Shown piece after piece: positions 36,122 through 48,302 of a stretch of 64,000 bases of DNA. Source of the DNA: Mustelus asterias. Taxonomy: Eukaryota. Position 1 is the stretch's first letter, and each line of letters opens with the position of its first letter. The notes under the pieces were generated by a model. The model searched no databases and had not been told where the DNA came from. It saw only the letters and a program-made list of their open reading frames with translations. The translations under genes were made by a program, and so were the position numbers. Where the stretch lies: positions 62,001 to 126,000 of the forward strand of contig NW_027590121.1 in NCBI RefSeq assembly GCF_964213995.1. The letters run 5' to 3'.

Positions 36122-37410
36122 CATTTAGCTATTGTTTGCGATAGGGTTTGTGAACGAACCGTTGGGTTTGTTAACTTATTTCCCGTGCACACGGCAGGAT
36201 TGGTTTACATGGGGTTTGGTTTGAGAATCCGAGCACACGCTGCAGGGATTCTAACAACATAACATGCTCACAAATAAATCAAGACATCTTTAAAAGATGC
36301 TTGTGGATATTCACTTTATCTCGATTCGCCAATTCAGAGGAACCCATGCCTGTGGGTTCAGAAAGATGACGTGTGTATAGCCATGATGTGCAGATATGAC
36401 GTTGAACAGGTGTGGGCACATTAGAGGTCTCAGAACACCAAGCTAAAGTCCAATCGGGTTTTTTTTGTTATCACAATTTTTCAGAGCGCTGCGCCTTCAT
36501 CTAGTAAGTGATATGTATTGGGGTATCACGGTGGCAGAGTGGTTATCACTGCTGCTTCAGGGACCTGCATTCGATTCCCCGCGAGGGTAACTGTCTGTTT
36601 GGAGTTGGCAAATTCTCCCCATGTCTGCCTGTGTTATTTCTGGGTGATCTAGTTTCCTTCCACAGTCACAAGATTTGCTGGTTAGGTGCATTGGCCATGC
36701 TAAATTTCCTCTTAGAGTCTGGTAAATGCATGGGGTTATGGGGATAGTGTCTATGCGGGACTTTGGTCGATGCAGACTCGATGGACCGAATGGCGTCCTT
36801 CCGCACTGCAGGAATTCTACAGGACTATTCATGGATTGTTGATGTCTGCTCTGTCTCTTTTTGTCACTCCATTACCGTATCAGTTTGTTTCAGTCCCTGT
36901 CTGTGCATCTATCATTGTTTGCTCTTTGCTCCTTCTATTCTCTCGCTGTATGTGTGTAACCAAGGTCCTCTGGATTGATTTCTATGATGAGGCTGTTGGA
37001 TGAATATGTTCCCTCTGTAGTTTAGAATGAGATGTGATCACAATGAAAAGTCTGCAACTGGGAGACAGTTTGACAGTGAACATGCTGTGTGGCTTCACGC
37101 GCTGACTGGAGTATTTCGAACAAGAATATTAAGTTGACATAGAGTCATAGAGGTTTACAGCATCGAAACAGGCCCTTCGGCCCAGCTTGTCCATGCCGCC
37201 CGACAGATGTAAGAGGAGTTTGCAATGTTTGGAAGGACATGAATCTAAGACGTGAAAGATGACAATGATGTTAATGATTATTGAGAGGAATGCATTGTAA
37301 CTTTCAGGATTCTGTAGGTCGATTCATTGTAAACTTTGTAATCAGAACAAGCTGAATGGAAAAAGAAACACATATTTGTTTTGGAATCTGGAGCATCAGC
37401 GTCTCAATGT

Positions 37411-37483
37411 GCCCCGCTAGCTCAGTCGTTAAAGCATGAAACTCTTAATCCCAGGATCATGGGTTCGAGCCACACTTTGGGCG
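37411..37483 (+). tRNA. tRNA-Lys(CTT), full length but with several stem mismatches (probable pseudogene)
   Basis: GCCCCGCTAGCTCAGTCGTTAAAGCATGAAACTCTTAATCCCAGGATCATGGGTTCGAGCCACACTTTGGGCG. Confidence 0.75.
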
Positions 37484-38016
37484 CAGCTCTGTTTAAACTT
37501 TGCCCTTTTCCTGGGTGAACGACAGTTTTCTATTCCTCTGGTGCTGTCACCGCTCAAACTGAGTCTTTCTCCATCCCACTGTTAATCTTAAAGTTTATGG
37601 GTTATGACTGAGAACTGCCTCATCTTCACTGGAAGGCGAGGAGTTTCGTGCATAATTCAGCGAGAAGTTTTCTTCTCATTTAGAGTGAGATTTGCATCCA
37701 GATCTGGGTGATTGCGTCAGTGTAAACATTAATCTTCCCCATTGTCATTCCATCACTCCAGCCTTACATCCTATCACGAGACAGTTTGTTCATTCGTCCT
37801 CACCCTTTCTACTTTCCTTGACTTTGTATTTGTTTGTAAGTCGTTAAATCTTTAAATTCTTCCAGTTTGGAGAGTAGGTCAGCGACCGGAAATAATAATT
37901 CCGTTTCCCTCTCCATAGACGCTGTTTGGCCTGTTTTGTATTTTGAACATTTTCTGCTATGATGTGGGAGTTGCAGCAACTGCAGTATGTTGTTTTTGGG
38001 TCACAGTAGATCAAGT

Positions 38017-38975
38017 AACAAAGAACAAAGAACAGTACAGCACAGGAAACAGGCCCTTCGGCCCTCCAAGCCTGTGACGCTCATTGGTCCAACTCGACCA
38101 TTCGTTTGTATCCCTCCATTCCCAGCATGCTCATGTGGCCATCCAGGTAAGTCTTAAACGATGTCACGGTGTCTGCCTCCACCACCCTACTTGGCAGCGC
38201 ATTCCAAGCCCCCACCATTCTCTGTGTAAAAAAGTCCCTCTGATATCTGAGTTATACCTCGCCCCTCTCACCTTGAGCCCGTGACCCCTCGTGATCGTCA
38301 CCTCCGACCTGGGAAAAAGCTTCCCACTGTTCACCCTATCTATACCCTTCATAATTTTGTACATCTCTATTAGGTCTCCCCTCATTCTCCGTCTTTCCAG
38401 GGAGAACAAGCCCAGTTTACCCACTCTCTCCTCATAGCTAAGACCCTCCATACCAGGCAACATCCTGATAAACCTTCTCTGCACCCTCTCTGAAGTCTCC
38501 ACGTCCTCCTGGTAGTGCGGCGACCAGAACTGGATGCAGTACTCCAAATGTGGCCTAACCAGCGTTCTATACAGACGCAACATCAGACTCCAGCTTTTAT
38601 ACTCTATACCTCGTCCTATAAAGGCAAGCATACCATATGCCTTCTTCACCACCTTCTCCACCTGTGTTGCCACCTTCAAGGATTGTGGACTTGCACACCT
38701 AGGTCCCTCTGTGTTTCTATACTCTCGATGGCTCTGCCATTTATTGTATAACTCCCCCCTATATTAGTTCTTCCAAAATGCATCACTTCGCATTTGCCTG
38801 GATTAAATTCCATCTGCCATTTCTCCGCCCAATTTTCCAGCCTATCTATATCCTGCCATATGTCCGACAATGTTCATTGCTATCCGCAAGTCCAGCCAAC
38901 TTCGTGTCATCCGCAAACTTGCTGATAACAGCAGTTGCACCTTCTTCCAAATCATTTATATATATCACAAATAGC
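38017..38975 (-). mobile_element. CR1 LINE 3' fragment
   Basis: ORFs 38164-38679 and 38676-38870 (LYRTLVRPHLEYC, WQMEFNPGKCEVMHFG). (TTTGTTC)n-type tail near 38017-38033. Confidence 0.9.
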
Positions 38976-39214
38976 AGACTTTTCTCTGACTGAACCTTAC
39001 CTGTTTAAGTAGTTAAAGTGCTGAAGTTTTAAATAATAAGACACCAGGATTCGCCACCCTGTTTGACATGAAATGAAATAAAATGAGATTAAATAATTTC
39101 ATAAAACTTTGCTAATGCAATATATATTTCATTGACAAGGCCAGTATTTGTTGGCCATCCCTCTTTCCCCTTCAACTGAATATTTTGCTGGGCCATTTCA
39201 TAGCATATTTAACA

Positions 39215-41590
39215 GTCATAGATTCATAGAATCATACAGGTTTAAAATGTGGAAACAGGACCTTCGGCCCAACATGTCCATGCCACCCTTTTTTAATGAT
39301 TAAGCTAGTCCCAATTGCCCGTGCTTGGGACGTATCCCTCAATTGCCATCTTATCCATGTAACCGCCTAAACGCTTTTTAAAAGGCAAAATTGTACCTTT
39401 CTCCACGACTACCTCCGGCAGCTTGTTCCAGACACTCACCATGCTCTGTGTGACAAAATGCCCATCTGCACTCCTTTGTACCTCTCCCCTCTCACCTTAG
39501 AACTATGCTCTCTAGTTTTAGATTCCGCTTCCTTTGGAAATATATGTTGCCTATCTAGCTGATCTATGCCCTTCAATATTTTATAGACCTCTGGAAGATC
39601 ACCCCGAAGCATCCTCCGCTCCAGAGAAGAAAGTCCCAGTCGATCCAGCCCCTCCTTGTAACTCAAACCTTCAAGTCCCGGTAGCATCCTCGTAAATCTT
39701 TTCTGCACTGTTTCTGGTTCAATAATATCCTTTCTATGATAGGGTGACCGGGACTGTACTCAATATTCCAAGTGTGGCCTTACTTGTCTTGTACAACTTC
39801 AAGAAGACGTCCCAACTCCTGAATTCAATGTTCCGACCAATGAAACCAAGCATACCGAATACCCACTTCACCAATCTGTCCGCCTGTGACTCCACTTTCA
39901 ATGAGATATACCCCTGGATCTCTTTGTTCTGTAACTCTCCCCAACGCCCCACCATTAACTGAGTAAGTCCTGCCGTGGTTCGAGCTACCAAAATGCATCA
40001 CCTCACATTTATCTGAAGTAAATTCTATCTGCCATTCGTCAGGCCACTGGCCCAATTGATCAAGATCCCGTTGCAGTCCTTGATACCCTTCTTTACAGTC
40101 CACTATGCCACCTATCTAGATGTCATCTGCAAACTTACAAACTATGCCTCCTAAATTCTCATCCAAATCACTAATATAAATGACAAAAACGGTGGACCCA
40201 ACACCGATCCCTGAGACAAACCGCTGGTCACAGGCCTCCGGGTTTGGAAAACAACCCTCGACAACCACCCTGTGTGTTCTTTCATCAAGCCAATTTTGTA
40301 CCTATTTGTCATCTCACCCTGGATACCGTGAGAATGAACCTTATGCAACAACCTATCATTTGATACCTTGTCGAAGCCCTTGCTAAAGTCCGTGTAGTCA
40401 ACATCAACTGCATTGCTCATGTACCTTCTTGGTTACCCCTTCAAAAAACTGCATTAAATTTGTGAGAAATTATGTTCCACTCACAATGCCATGCTGACTC
40501 TCCCTAATCAGTCCTTGCCTCTCTAAATGCCTATCGATCCTGTCTCTCAAAATGCCTTCTAAAAACTTACCCATTACAGATATGAGGCTCATCTCCCTGT
40601 AGTTTCCAGGCTTTTCCGTGCAGCCCATTTTAATCAAATACACAACATTTGCCACCCTCCAGTCTTCAGGCGCCTCACTATGGCTGGCCATGATTCAAAT
40701 ATCTTTGCAAGGAGAAAGTCAATTTCCTCTTTCGCCCCCCACAACGTCCTGTTATACACTTCATCAGGTCCCTGGGATGTATCTAGCTTGATGCACTTTA
40801 AGACATCCAGCACCTCCTTCTCTGTTGCACGCCTCAAGACATCACTATTTATTTCCCTAAGTTCCCGAACATTTTTTGCCTTTTACAACACTAAATACCG
40901 ATAAGAAATATTCATTTATCATTTCACCCTTCTCTTGTGGATCCGCACATAAATTACCTTGTTGATTGTTAATAGGTCCTACTCTCCCCTAGTTACTCTT
41001 TTACCCTTCATACATTTGTAGAAACTCTTTTGATTCTGCTTTGCCTTATCTGCCAAAGCATTCTCGTGTCCTCTTTTTGCTCTCCTGAATCCTCTAATCT
41101 CTGCTTCTACACCCTCTATATTCTTCAAGGATCCATTTGATCCAAGCTGCCGGTGTATGACATATCTCATTCTTCTTCTTGACCAGGGCCTCAATATCGC
41201 CAGTTATCCAGCATTCCCTCGTTCTACGTGCCTTGCCCTTCACGCTAAGAGGAATGTGCTTATCCTGATACCTGGTTAACAGACTGTTGAAAGCCTCCCA
41301 CTTACCAGACGCCTCTTTGCCTGCCAGCAAATTCCCCACTTAACTTTTGAAAGTTCCTGTCTGATAACATTAATATTGGCCTTGCCCCAATTTAGAATTT
41401 TAACTTTTGGGCCAGACCTATTGTTCTCCATAGCTATCTTAAAACTAATGGAATTATGGACACTCGTCCCAAAGTGACCCCTAACTCTCCTTGTGTCACC
41501 TGCTCTTCCATTTTTCCCAAGAGACGGTCAAGTTTCTCCCCCTCTCTAGTCGGAACATTCACATACTGAATGAGAAGTTCCTCCTGAATA
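39215..41590 (-). mobile_element. Decayed CR1 LINE (ORF2 EN end to RT to 3' end)
   Basis: Fragmented ORFs with PEDWRVANV, DFSKGFDKV and QGSVLGP motifs. Confidence 0.9.
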
Positions 41591-41599
41591 AACTCGAAA

Positions 41600-42940
41600 T
41601 GAAGGCAACATCGCCAAATTTGCAGATGACTCAAAAATAGGCGGGACAGTAAGTTGCAAGGAGGAAATAAGAAACTTACTAATGAAAAAAGTAGGTTAGG
41701 AGAGTGGGCGAAAATGTGGCAGCTGGAGTTTAAGGTGAATAAGTGTGAAATCATGCATTTTGGTCAGAAAAATGGGAAGACGACTTACTATCTAAATGGA
41801 GAGAGACTTTGGGATACTCCGGTGCAGAGGGATCTGGGTGTCTTCCTTCATGAGTCACAGGAATCTGCCATGCAGACAGCAGACAAATAAAGCGAGAGGA
41901 ATGTTGGCAGTTGTAGCTAAAGGCAAAGAATATAAAGACAAGGAAGTATTGCTGCAAATACACAAGGTATTGGTGAGGCTGCGCCTGAAGTATTGTACGC
42001 AGTTTTGTTCCGCTTATTTGAGGAAAGATGTCGTGGCATTGGAGGCAGTCCAGAGGAGGTTCACAAGATTGATTCCAGAGATGAAGTGATTGTCGCATGC
42101 AGAGAGATTGAACAGTTTAGGCCTATACTCTCTGGAATTGAGAAGAATGAGCGGAGATCAAATTGAGGTGTACAAGTTGATAAAAGGCATGGATAAGGTA
42201 GACGTGGAACGAATGCATCGGCTGTTGGGGCATTCTAAGACGAGATGTCATGGACTTAGGATGAGGGGTAGCAAATTTAAACTGAGTTGAGGAGGAACTA
42301 CTTCTCCCAAAGGGTTTTGAATCTGTCGAATTCGCTAACCCAAAGTGCAGTGGATGCTGGGACAGTGAGTAAATTTAAGGAGGAATGACACAGATTTTTA
42401 ATTGGTTGAAGAGTTCTGGGGAGAAGGCAGGAAAATGCGGATGAGGACCATATCCTCCATGATTGAATGGCGGAGCGGATTCGATGGGCCGAATGGCCTA
42501 ATTCTGCTCCGATATCTTGTGACCTCTTATGGCAGGGAGCAGACGGTGATGGTTGTGACAGATTTTCAGAGTGGAAGAGTATTTTTTCTGAGGGCCCCAA
42601 GGGATCAGTGTTCTTGCATCTGCAGTTTGCATGAGTGATTTCGATTTGAATGTTCGAGGCTTGAGCAATAAATTAGCATTTGATACAAACATTTGCGAGG
42701 TGGTAGATAGGGCGGAGGTAATCTTGGTTCACAGAAGGATATAGATGATCTGGTAAGATAGGCTGGTCTATTGCAAATGGAATTCGATCCGGATCAGTGT
42801 GAGGTGATGTGCTCGGGCAGGACAAACAAGGCAAGGGAATACATGATAAACGCAGGACCCTGGGAATCTCAGAGGGACATTAGTGAGCATGTATAGCGGT
42901 CCCTGAATGTCGCACGACAGGTGGATAAAACGGGTAATTG
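41600..42940 (+). mobile_element. Two adjacent decayed CR1 fragments
   Basis: AKFADD / WQLEFKVNKCEIMHFG, with a 3' tail near 42530 and a second RT fragment to 42940. Confidence 0.85.
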
Positions 42941-42997
42941 AATGAAAGAGGTCAAACTGTTTGTGTGTCCTCATTTGGAGCTAGTGGCCATGTTCCT

Positions 42998-43069
42998 GGA
43001 TCGATGTTGTAATGGTGAGCACTCTGGACTCTGAATCCTTTGATCCGAGCTTAAATCTCGATGGAACCT
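42998..43069 (+). pseudogene. tRNA-Gln(CTG) pseudogene
   Basis: ...GTAATGGTGAGCACTCTGGACTCTGAATCC...AAATCTCGATGGAACCT, with acceptor and T-loop lesions. Confidence 0.8.
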
Positions 43070-43719
43070 TTCCTTCCTTTCCCAAAGCCGATAATGATTT
43101 TGCTGAAGGGACTTTTATTTAAAATTCTCAGAAAATCGAAATCTAAACACTGAGGTAATTTCGGCAAATTCCACCGCAATCACTTTGCAGATGATGCAAC
43201 GAATGACGACCCTGTCGTCATTGCATCAGGCCCAGAGGACTGTTGCTCTAGAATAAAAGGCGCTGAGAGGCAGAGAAGCCACAGCGGACAGGGGTCCACC
43301 TACGGGTGCCATTCAGTCACCCACCTGTCCCAATTTAAACAATTGTCCGGATGGCGAATGTCCAGAGTGTGAACCGTTACACCATGGAACCGACAGCACT
43401 CTGACATAAGACACTCTGGTCTCCCAAAACGCACCTATGCACAGGCACACACACACACACACAGAGAAACTCACACAATTGATCAATAATTGCCGGACTC
43501 CAGTCCAATGGTTGTGGTTGTGTGACACCAACTGCCCCTTTCTTTCAACAAAAGAATTAAAGAGTCGCGAAAAGATGAAAAAAAACCACTGATGGTGCAG
43601 GCATCTGTCGCCAGAGGCTCAGCAATGTGCATTGTAATAGCAGCTGAACAGGCTGACAAAATTGTCGTCCGCATTCCTGCTTTGTGAGAAATTTAAACGA
43701 AATGTCCATCAACAAATGT

Positions 43720-44060
43720 GGCGGCACGGTATCACAGTGGTTAGCAATGCTGCTTCACAGCTCCAGAGACCTGGGTTCGATTCCCGTCTTGGGTCACTGT
43801 CTGTGTGGAGTTTGCACATTCTCCTCGTGTCTGCGTGGATTTCCTACGGGTAGTCTGGTTTCCTCCCACATTCCAAAGATGTGCGGGTTAGGTTGATTGG
43901 CAATGCTAAAATTGCCCTTAGTGTCGCGTGATGCGTAGGATAGAGGGATTAGTGGGTAAATGTGTAGGGATGTGGGGGTAGGGCCTGGGTGGGATTGTGG
44001 TCGGTGCAGACTCGATAGGCCAAATGGCCTCTTTCTGTGCTTGTAGGGTTTCTAAGATTC
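43720..44060 (+). mobile_element. HE1-type SINE (others near 8150, 18140, 30475, 36525, 44520, 45930, 48060, 48960)
   Basis: Same head, core and tail as 3141-3471. Confidence 0.85.
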
Positions 44061-44245
44061 AAATCAATCCTCAGCAACGTCAAAGAAAAGCAAGGATCAG
44101 TCTGGTTCAGAGTGCTCACCATTGGACCAGAGAACCTCCAACATTGGAGCCGGCTGCAAATGGCCGCTTAAAGGATTTGACCTTCCTGCTGTTGCTGCCA
44201 CATTGAATGAAAGGGCTTTGAGTGACCACTTGCAGCTGGCTTCTG

Positions 44246-44317
44246 GGTTCTGTGTTGTAATGGCCAGAACTCTGGACTCTGAATCCAGCGATTCAAGTTT
44301 AGATCTTGGTGGGATCT
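44246..44317 (+). pseudogene. tRNA-Gln(CTG) pseudogene, divergently paired with a remnant at about 44100-44136
   Basis: GGTTCTGTGTTGTAATGGCCAGAACTCTGGACTCTGAATCCAGCGATTCAAG...GGTGGGATCT. Confidence 0.75.
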
Positions 44318-45099
44318 TGCTTTTCTTTGCTGAAGCCGCTGATTGTTTTTACTCAAGGGCATTTTAATCAAAATCCTCAGAACGTGGTACACTGAGAGAA
44401 ATTCACCAAATTCCACCAGAATCACGTTGCAGACGATGCAGCGAATGACTCTCCTGGCGTCATTGCATCAGCCCCAGAGGACGATTGCTCAGAATACCAA
44501 GAGCTCAGTGGCAGAAACATAGATAGCCTTACAGTACAGAAGGAAGCTATTCGGCCCATCAAGTCTGCACCAACAACAATCCCACACAGGCCCTATCCCC
44601 GTAACTGCACATATGTTCCCTGTTTGCTCCCTGCCACTGCGGGCAATGCAACATTGTCAATCAACCTAACCCGCACAACTTTGCATTGTGCGCTGGGTGC
44701 TCGGTTTCTCTCCACACACGGAGACACGGGGGGAATGTGCAAACTCCACACAGACAGTGACCCGTATTGAATTCTGCACCAATGCGCTGTGAGCCAGAAA
44801 TGCTACCTAATGTGCCACAGTGTCAGAAAAGACACAGAGGGCAGGGAGTCTCCCTACCGATGTCACCCACTGAGTTATCGTTCACAATTTAAACAAATAT
44901 TAGGGCGATGAGAGTCGTGGTTCCTGTGGATTGAAGGAAACCATCGGTTAGGTTTTTGGAGTCGGACAGAGAAAGGACATGTCCCCTTTTGTTTGTTTTT
45001 TGCCATTTTGCTTTCAGCCCACGTCCAATCCTTGATGCCCCTTGTGATCCCTTGCCCTTATATTTTGGCTTATTGTCTTCTTGTCACCTGGACCTTTTC

Positions 45100-47950
45100 C
45101 TTTTTAAAAAATGAATATGATTACTCTTGTTAGTTGTGAATGGCGACGCCGTCAAAGTGTTTAAAATAACGCCGTCAAATGCAATGAAAATCTCGTGTGA
45201 GTGGAATTAAGATGGGGTTGTGGGGTAAGATGGAGAGGAGGAAGACAGAGTGATGGTCGAGTTCTGCCGTATTTTAGGTGGTTGGGGGGAGGTAGTTGTT
45301 GAGGTCGTGTGTGTGTTGGGGGAGGGGGCGGTTAGGTTGGGGTTTCTGTGTTTCTGTGGGTTTGGGGTAAATCTTAAGGTAATGTGTGCGCTGGAGAGTT
45401 TTTTGTGGCTTTCCTGGCTGGGGAGGTTTTGTGTCTGTTGCGGAGTGAGACTCTGTTTTTTGTTTTCTGGCCAGACGGGGGCGGGGGCGGGGGCGGGGGG
45501 GGGGGGGGGGGGAGGGGGGGAGGTGTGGTTTGGTGGTAGCAGGTGGGCTACTGAGGGGAGCTCAGGAGGTTGTGGGGGGAATTCTTGGGGCTTTCCTGAT
45601 CAGAAAATTGGTGGTTATGTTGTGGTTTGAAGGGTGGTTTGTTGTCTTCCCATGCCTTGACACTTTCGCCGCCCGTGTGTGTCTCCAAGGGTGGACGGGG
45701 TGAGGGGGCTCCCGGACCACTTGGGATAGAGTGACCTTTTATTTCTGAATGTTCAATGTTGTGGTGGGCAGGATGGTGTTGTGTGGATTCGGGTGGTATG
45801 TGTCGGATTGGTGTGGAGGCATTGGTTGGCGGAGCGAGGGAGTCTACGGGCATCCTCGTTTATTTGGGTGGTTCATGGGTTTGTCATGAGGCAAGAACTT
45901 TTGGCAGGACAAAAATGACTTCTGTTACCATTTATTTATTTCTTAATTAGTGTCCCAATAGGCTTACATTAACGATGCAATTAAGTTACTGTGAAAGGGT
46001 ACACTGAGGGAGAATTTATCACGGACAATCCACATAACATACACATCTTTGGAGTGTGGGAGGAAACCGGAGCACCTGGAGGAAACTCACGCAGACACGG
46101 GGAGAACGTGCAAACTCTGCACAATGGTCCAAGTCAAGCCGGGTCTCTGACGCCGTGAGACAGCACTGCTTACCACGGTGCCACCGTCCCGGCCCATAAA
46201 TTAATGATTTCACATGTATTGTATCATTTTAAAGTGATCCAGTGGGTTAGTTGTTGCCCTTCTTAGGAGAGTTTCATCTGTCAGTTATTGTGTGTTACTC
46301 TGTGACCAGGGTTCGTTCCATTGTTCAAGGTGATTCAAAGAATATAGACATTCGCATGTTTAAGGGAGAGCCCGTTTGTTAGTTGCGACAAGCTATCCTG
46401 TGTCCAGGTTTGTCCTATTGATTCGGGTGATCGAATACTTAATGATTGATATTTTTCCGAGACCTGCCCGTGGATTGTACAGAGTCGCCATGTGGCCATT
46501 CTGTCCTCCATTTTATATCTTACATGAAAAAAATACAGATTTATATTTTGTTTTAGTGGTTTACACTTCGCCGAGTCGATTATTTCTACCGTTCTTTTAG
46601 GTCCCAATGTGTTTTGGATTAGCCCCATTGATTAAGGTGAACCTATGTCAATCCGCGGACCGTGTCCAGGGCACACGGTCTGAGAGTCTTTATTTTTGTG
46701 TGGATGTGGAAAATTCACTCACCCTAGGGCTGTAGGATGCCAAGGCCAGATCCAGCTGAGGTTCATTTAGCTCCCATTCGTCCCACTTCCAAGGCTGGCG
46801 GTGGATAGTGTCAGGCCATTCTTACATTTCCTCTCCAGTAGAGTCCCAACTGGGGTTTAATCTTGCTTATTTAGCTTGCATCCCGACCGGTTTCGCTGCT
46901 TCCTTACGCTTCATCAAGGGAAGGGAGAGTTGTTCTCACTGTCCTGTCCTTCGTGTGCTTTTCGTGGCCTTTTCGGATAGTGTGTCGTCCAGCAATTTTG
47001 GGGTGAGTGAGTGCTCTGTGTTCAGCTCGTGTTCCGTGCTACCTCTGCGGGTAAAGGAAGTTTCCCCTCTCCACCTGTACTGCATATGGGCTTAAGTAGC
47101 GCCAATTCTTGTCCCGGAGTGACAGGAAGCTGTTGAAACGCATTGGTTCTCTGTAGCTTTTGAATTCACCCCCTCCCAATCATTGACTGACAGGGAAACG
47201 GTGTGCTGTGTTCTCTGTTTTGTGTTCCCTCAATCTATGGTTCTGTGGTTAGGGCGGGTTGAGGATGTTTTTTGCTTGGATGGGCGGGTGTTTGTTTTTT
47301 TGGTTCTGCTTTCGAATCTCTGTTGTCCCCTTATGCCCTGTGTGGTAACCTCTTTTAATATTTTGGTTCCTGGTTCAGTCCTTGCGTTGCATTCCTGGTA
47401 TTTGTGGGGGAGGGATATTCCTTTTTCCCTCTGTGATATTCTGTGCCAGTGGTGGTCTCTTGGTCTCTTTTTGGAGGCTTTGGCAGTGTCTGGCAGTCAA
47501 TAAGTCTTCAAGTGTGGTTGCCTCTCGTCCTTGTATATGGTCTGGTCAGGAGCGTGGAGGGTAAGGGAGCGAAGCTTCTTCCTGGTTTTTCTTATTGATT
47601 CGTGAGGGGGAAAGTGGGACGGTCGAGGTGAACCAAGCAGAGGGTTGGTGGGACATCTTTTGTAATGGTGTTGGGCTTGGGTAGTGGGGTTTTATTTGTG
47701 GGGCAGGGTGTCTTTTTGATGGTTTTGGGTACGTGTAGTGCTGTGGGGGGGGGCGTGGGGGTGGGTGCTTCGTATCATCTGGGTGGTGTTGTGTTCTGGG
47801 GGATGCAATGAATCTTTTTGTCTGTAGCTTAGGGAGAGATTATTCTCTGTCGACGAGACTATTTGCTTTTTAAGTGGTGGAATATCTTCTTTGTTTCATT
47901 TTGGATTATTTCCTTTCCCCTTTTTAAAGTCCGTATTCTTGTTTTTTTTA
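45100..47950 (-). mobile_element. Probable old decayed L1-clade LINE
   Basis: About 3 kb of strongly G/T-skewed sequence (A/C-rich on minus) with no intact ORF. Assignment is mainly compositional. Confidence 0.3.
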
Positions 47951-47967
47951 TTGGCTTTATGTCACCG

Positions 47968-48058
47968 AGGGTTAGGGTTAATGTTAGGGTTCGGATTAGT
48001 TAGTTATTTCGGGTTGGGGTTAGTTTTAGTGTCAAGGTTAGAGTTAGGGTTCGGGTTA
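47968..48058 (+). repeat. Degenerate (TTAGGG)n interstitial telomere-like tract
   Basis: GGGTTAGGGTTAATGTTAGGGTTCGG...GTTAGAGTTAGGGTTCGGGTT. Confidence 0.7.
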
Positions 48059-48302
48059 CAATGTGCAAACTCCACACAGACAGTGACCGGAGGCCGGAAT
48101 TGGACCCGGGTCCCTGGCGCTGTGAGGCAACAGTGCTAACCATTGTGTCACCTTGCCGTTGTTGCAATAATCTCTTTGTTCTTTTAAATTTAATTAATGC
48201 GAAAGATCAAGCAACCTAATTATCTCCCTGGAGCATGACATCGCGTATAAATGTGACAATTTTTCAATGTAGTGCAGACCACGATCAGCGCTTCTGTAAG
48301 AA

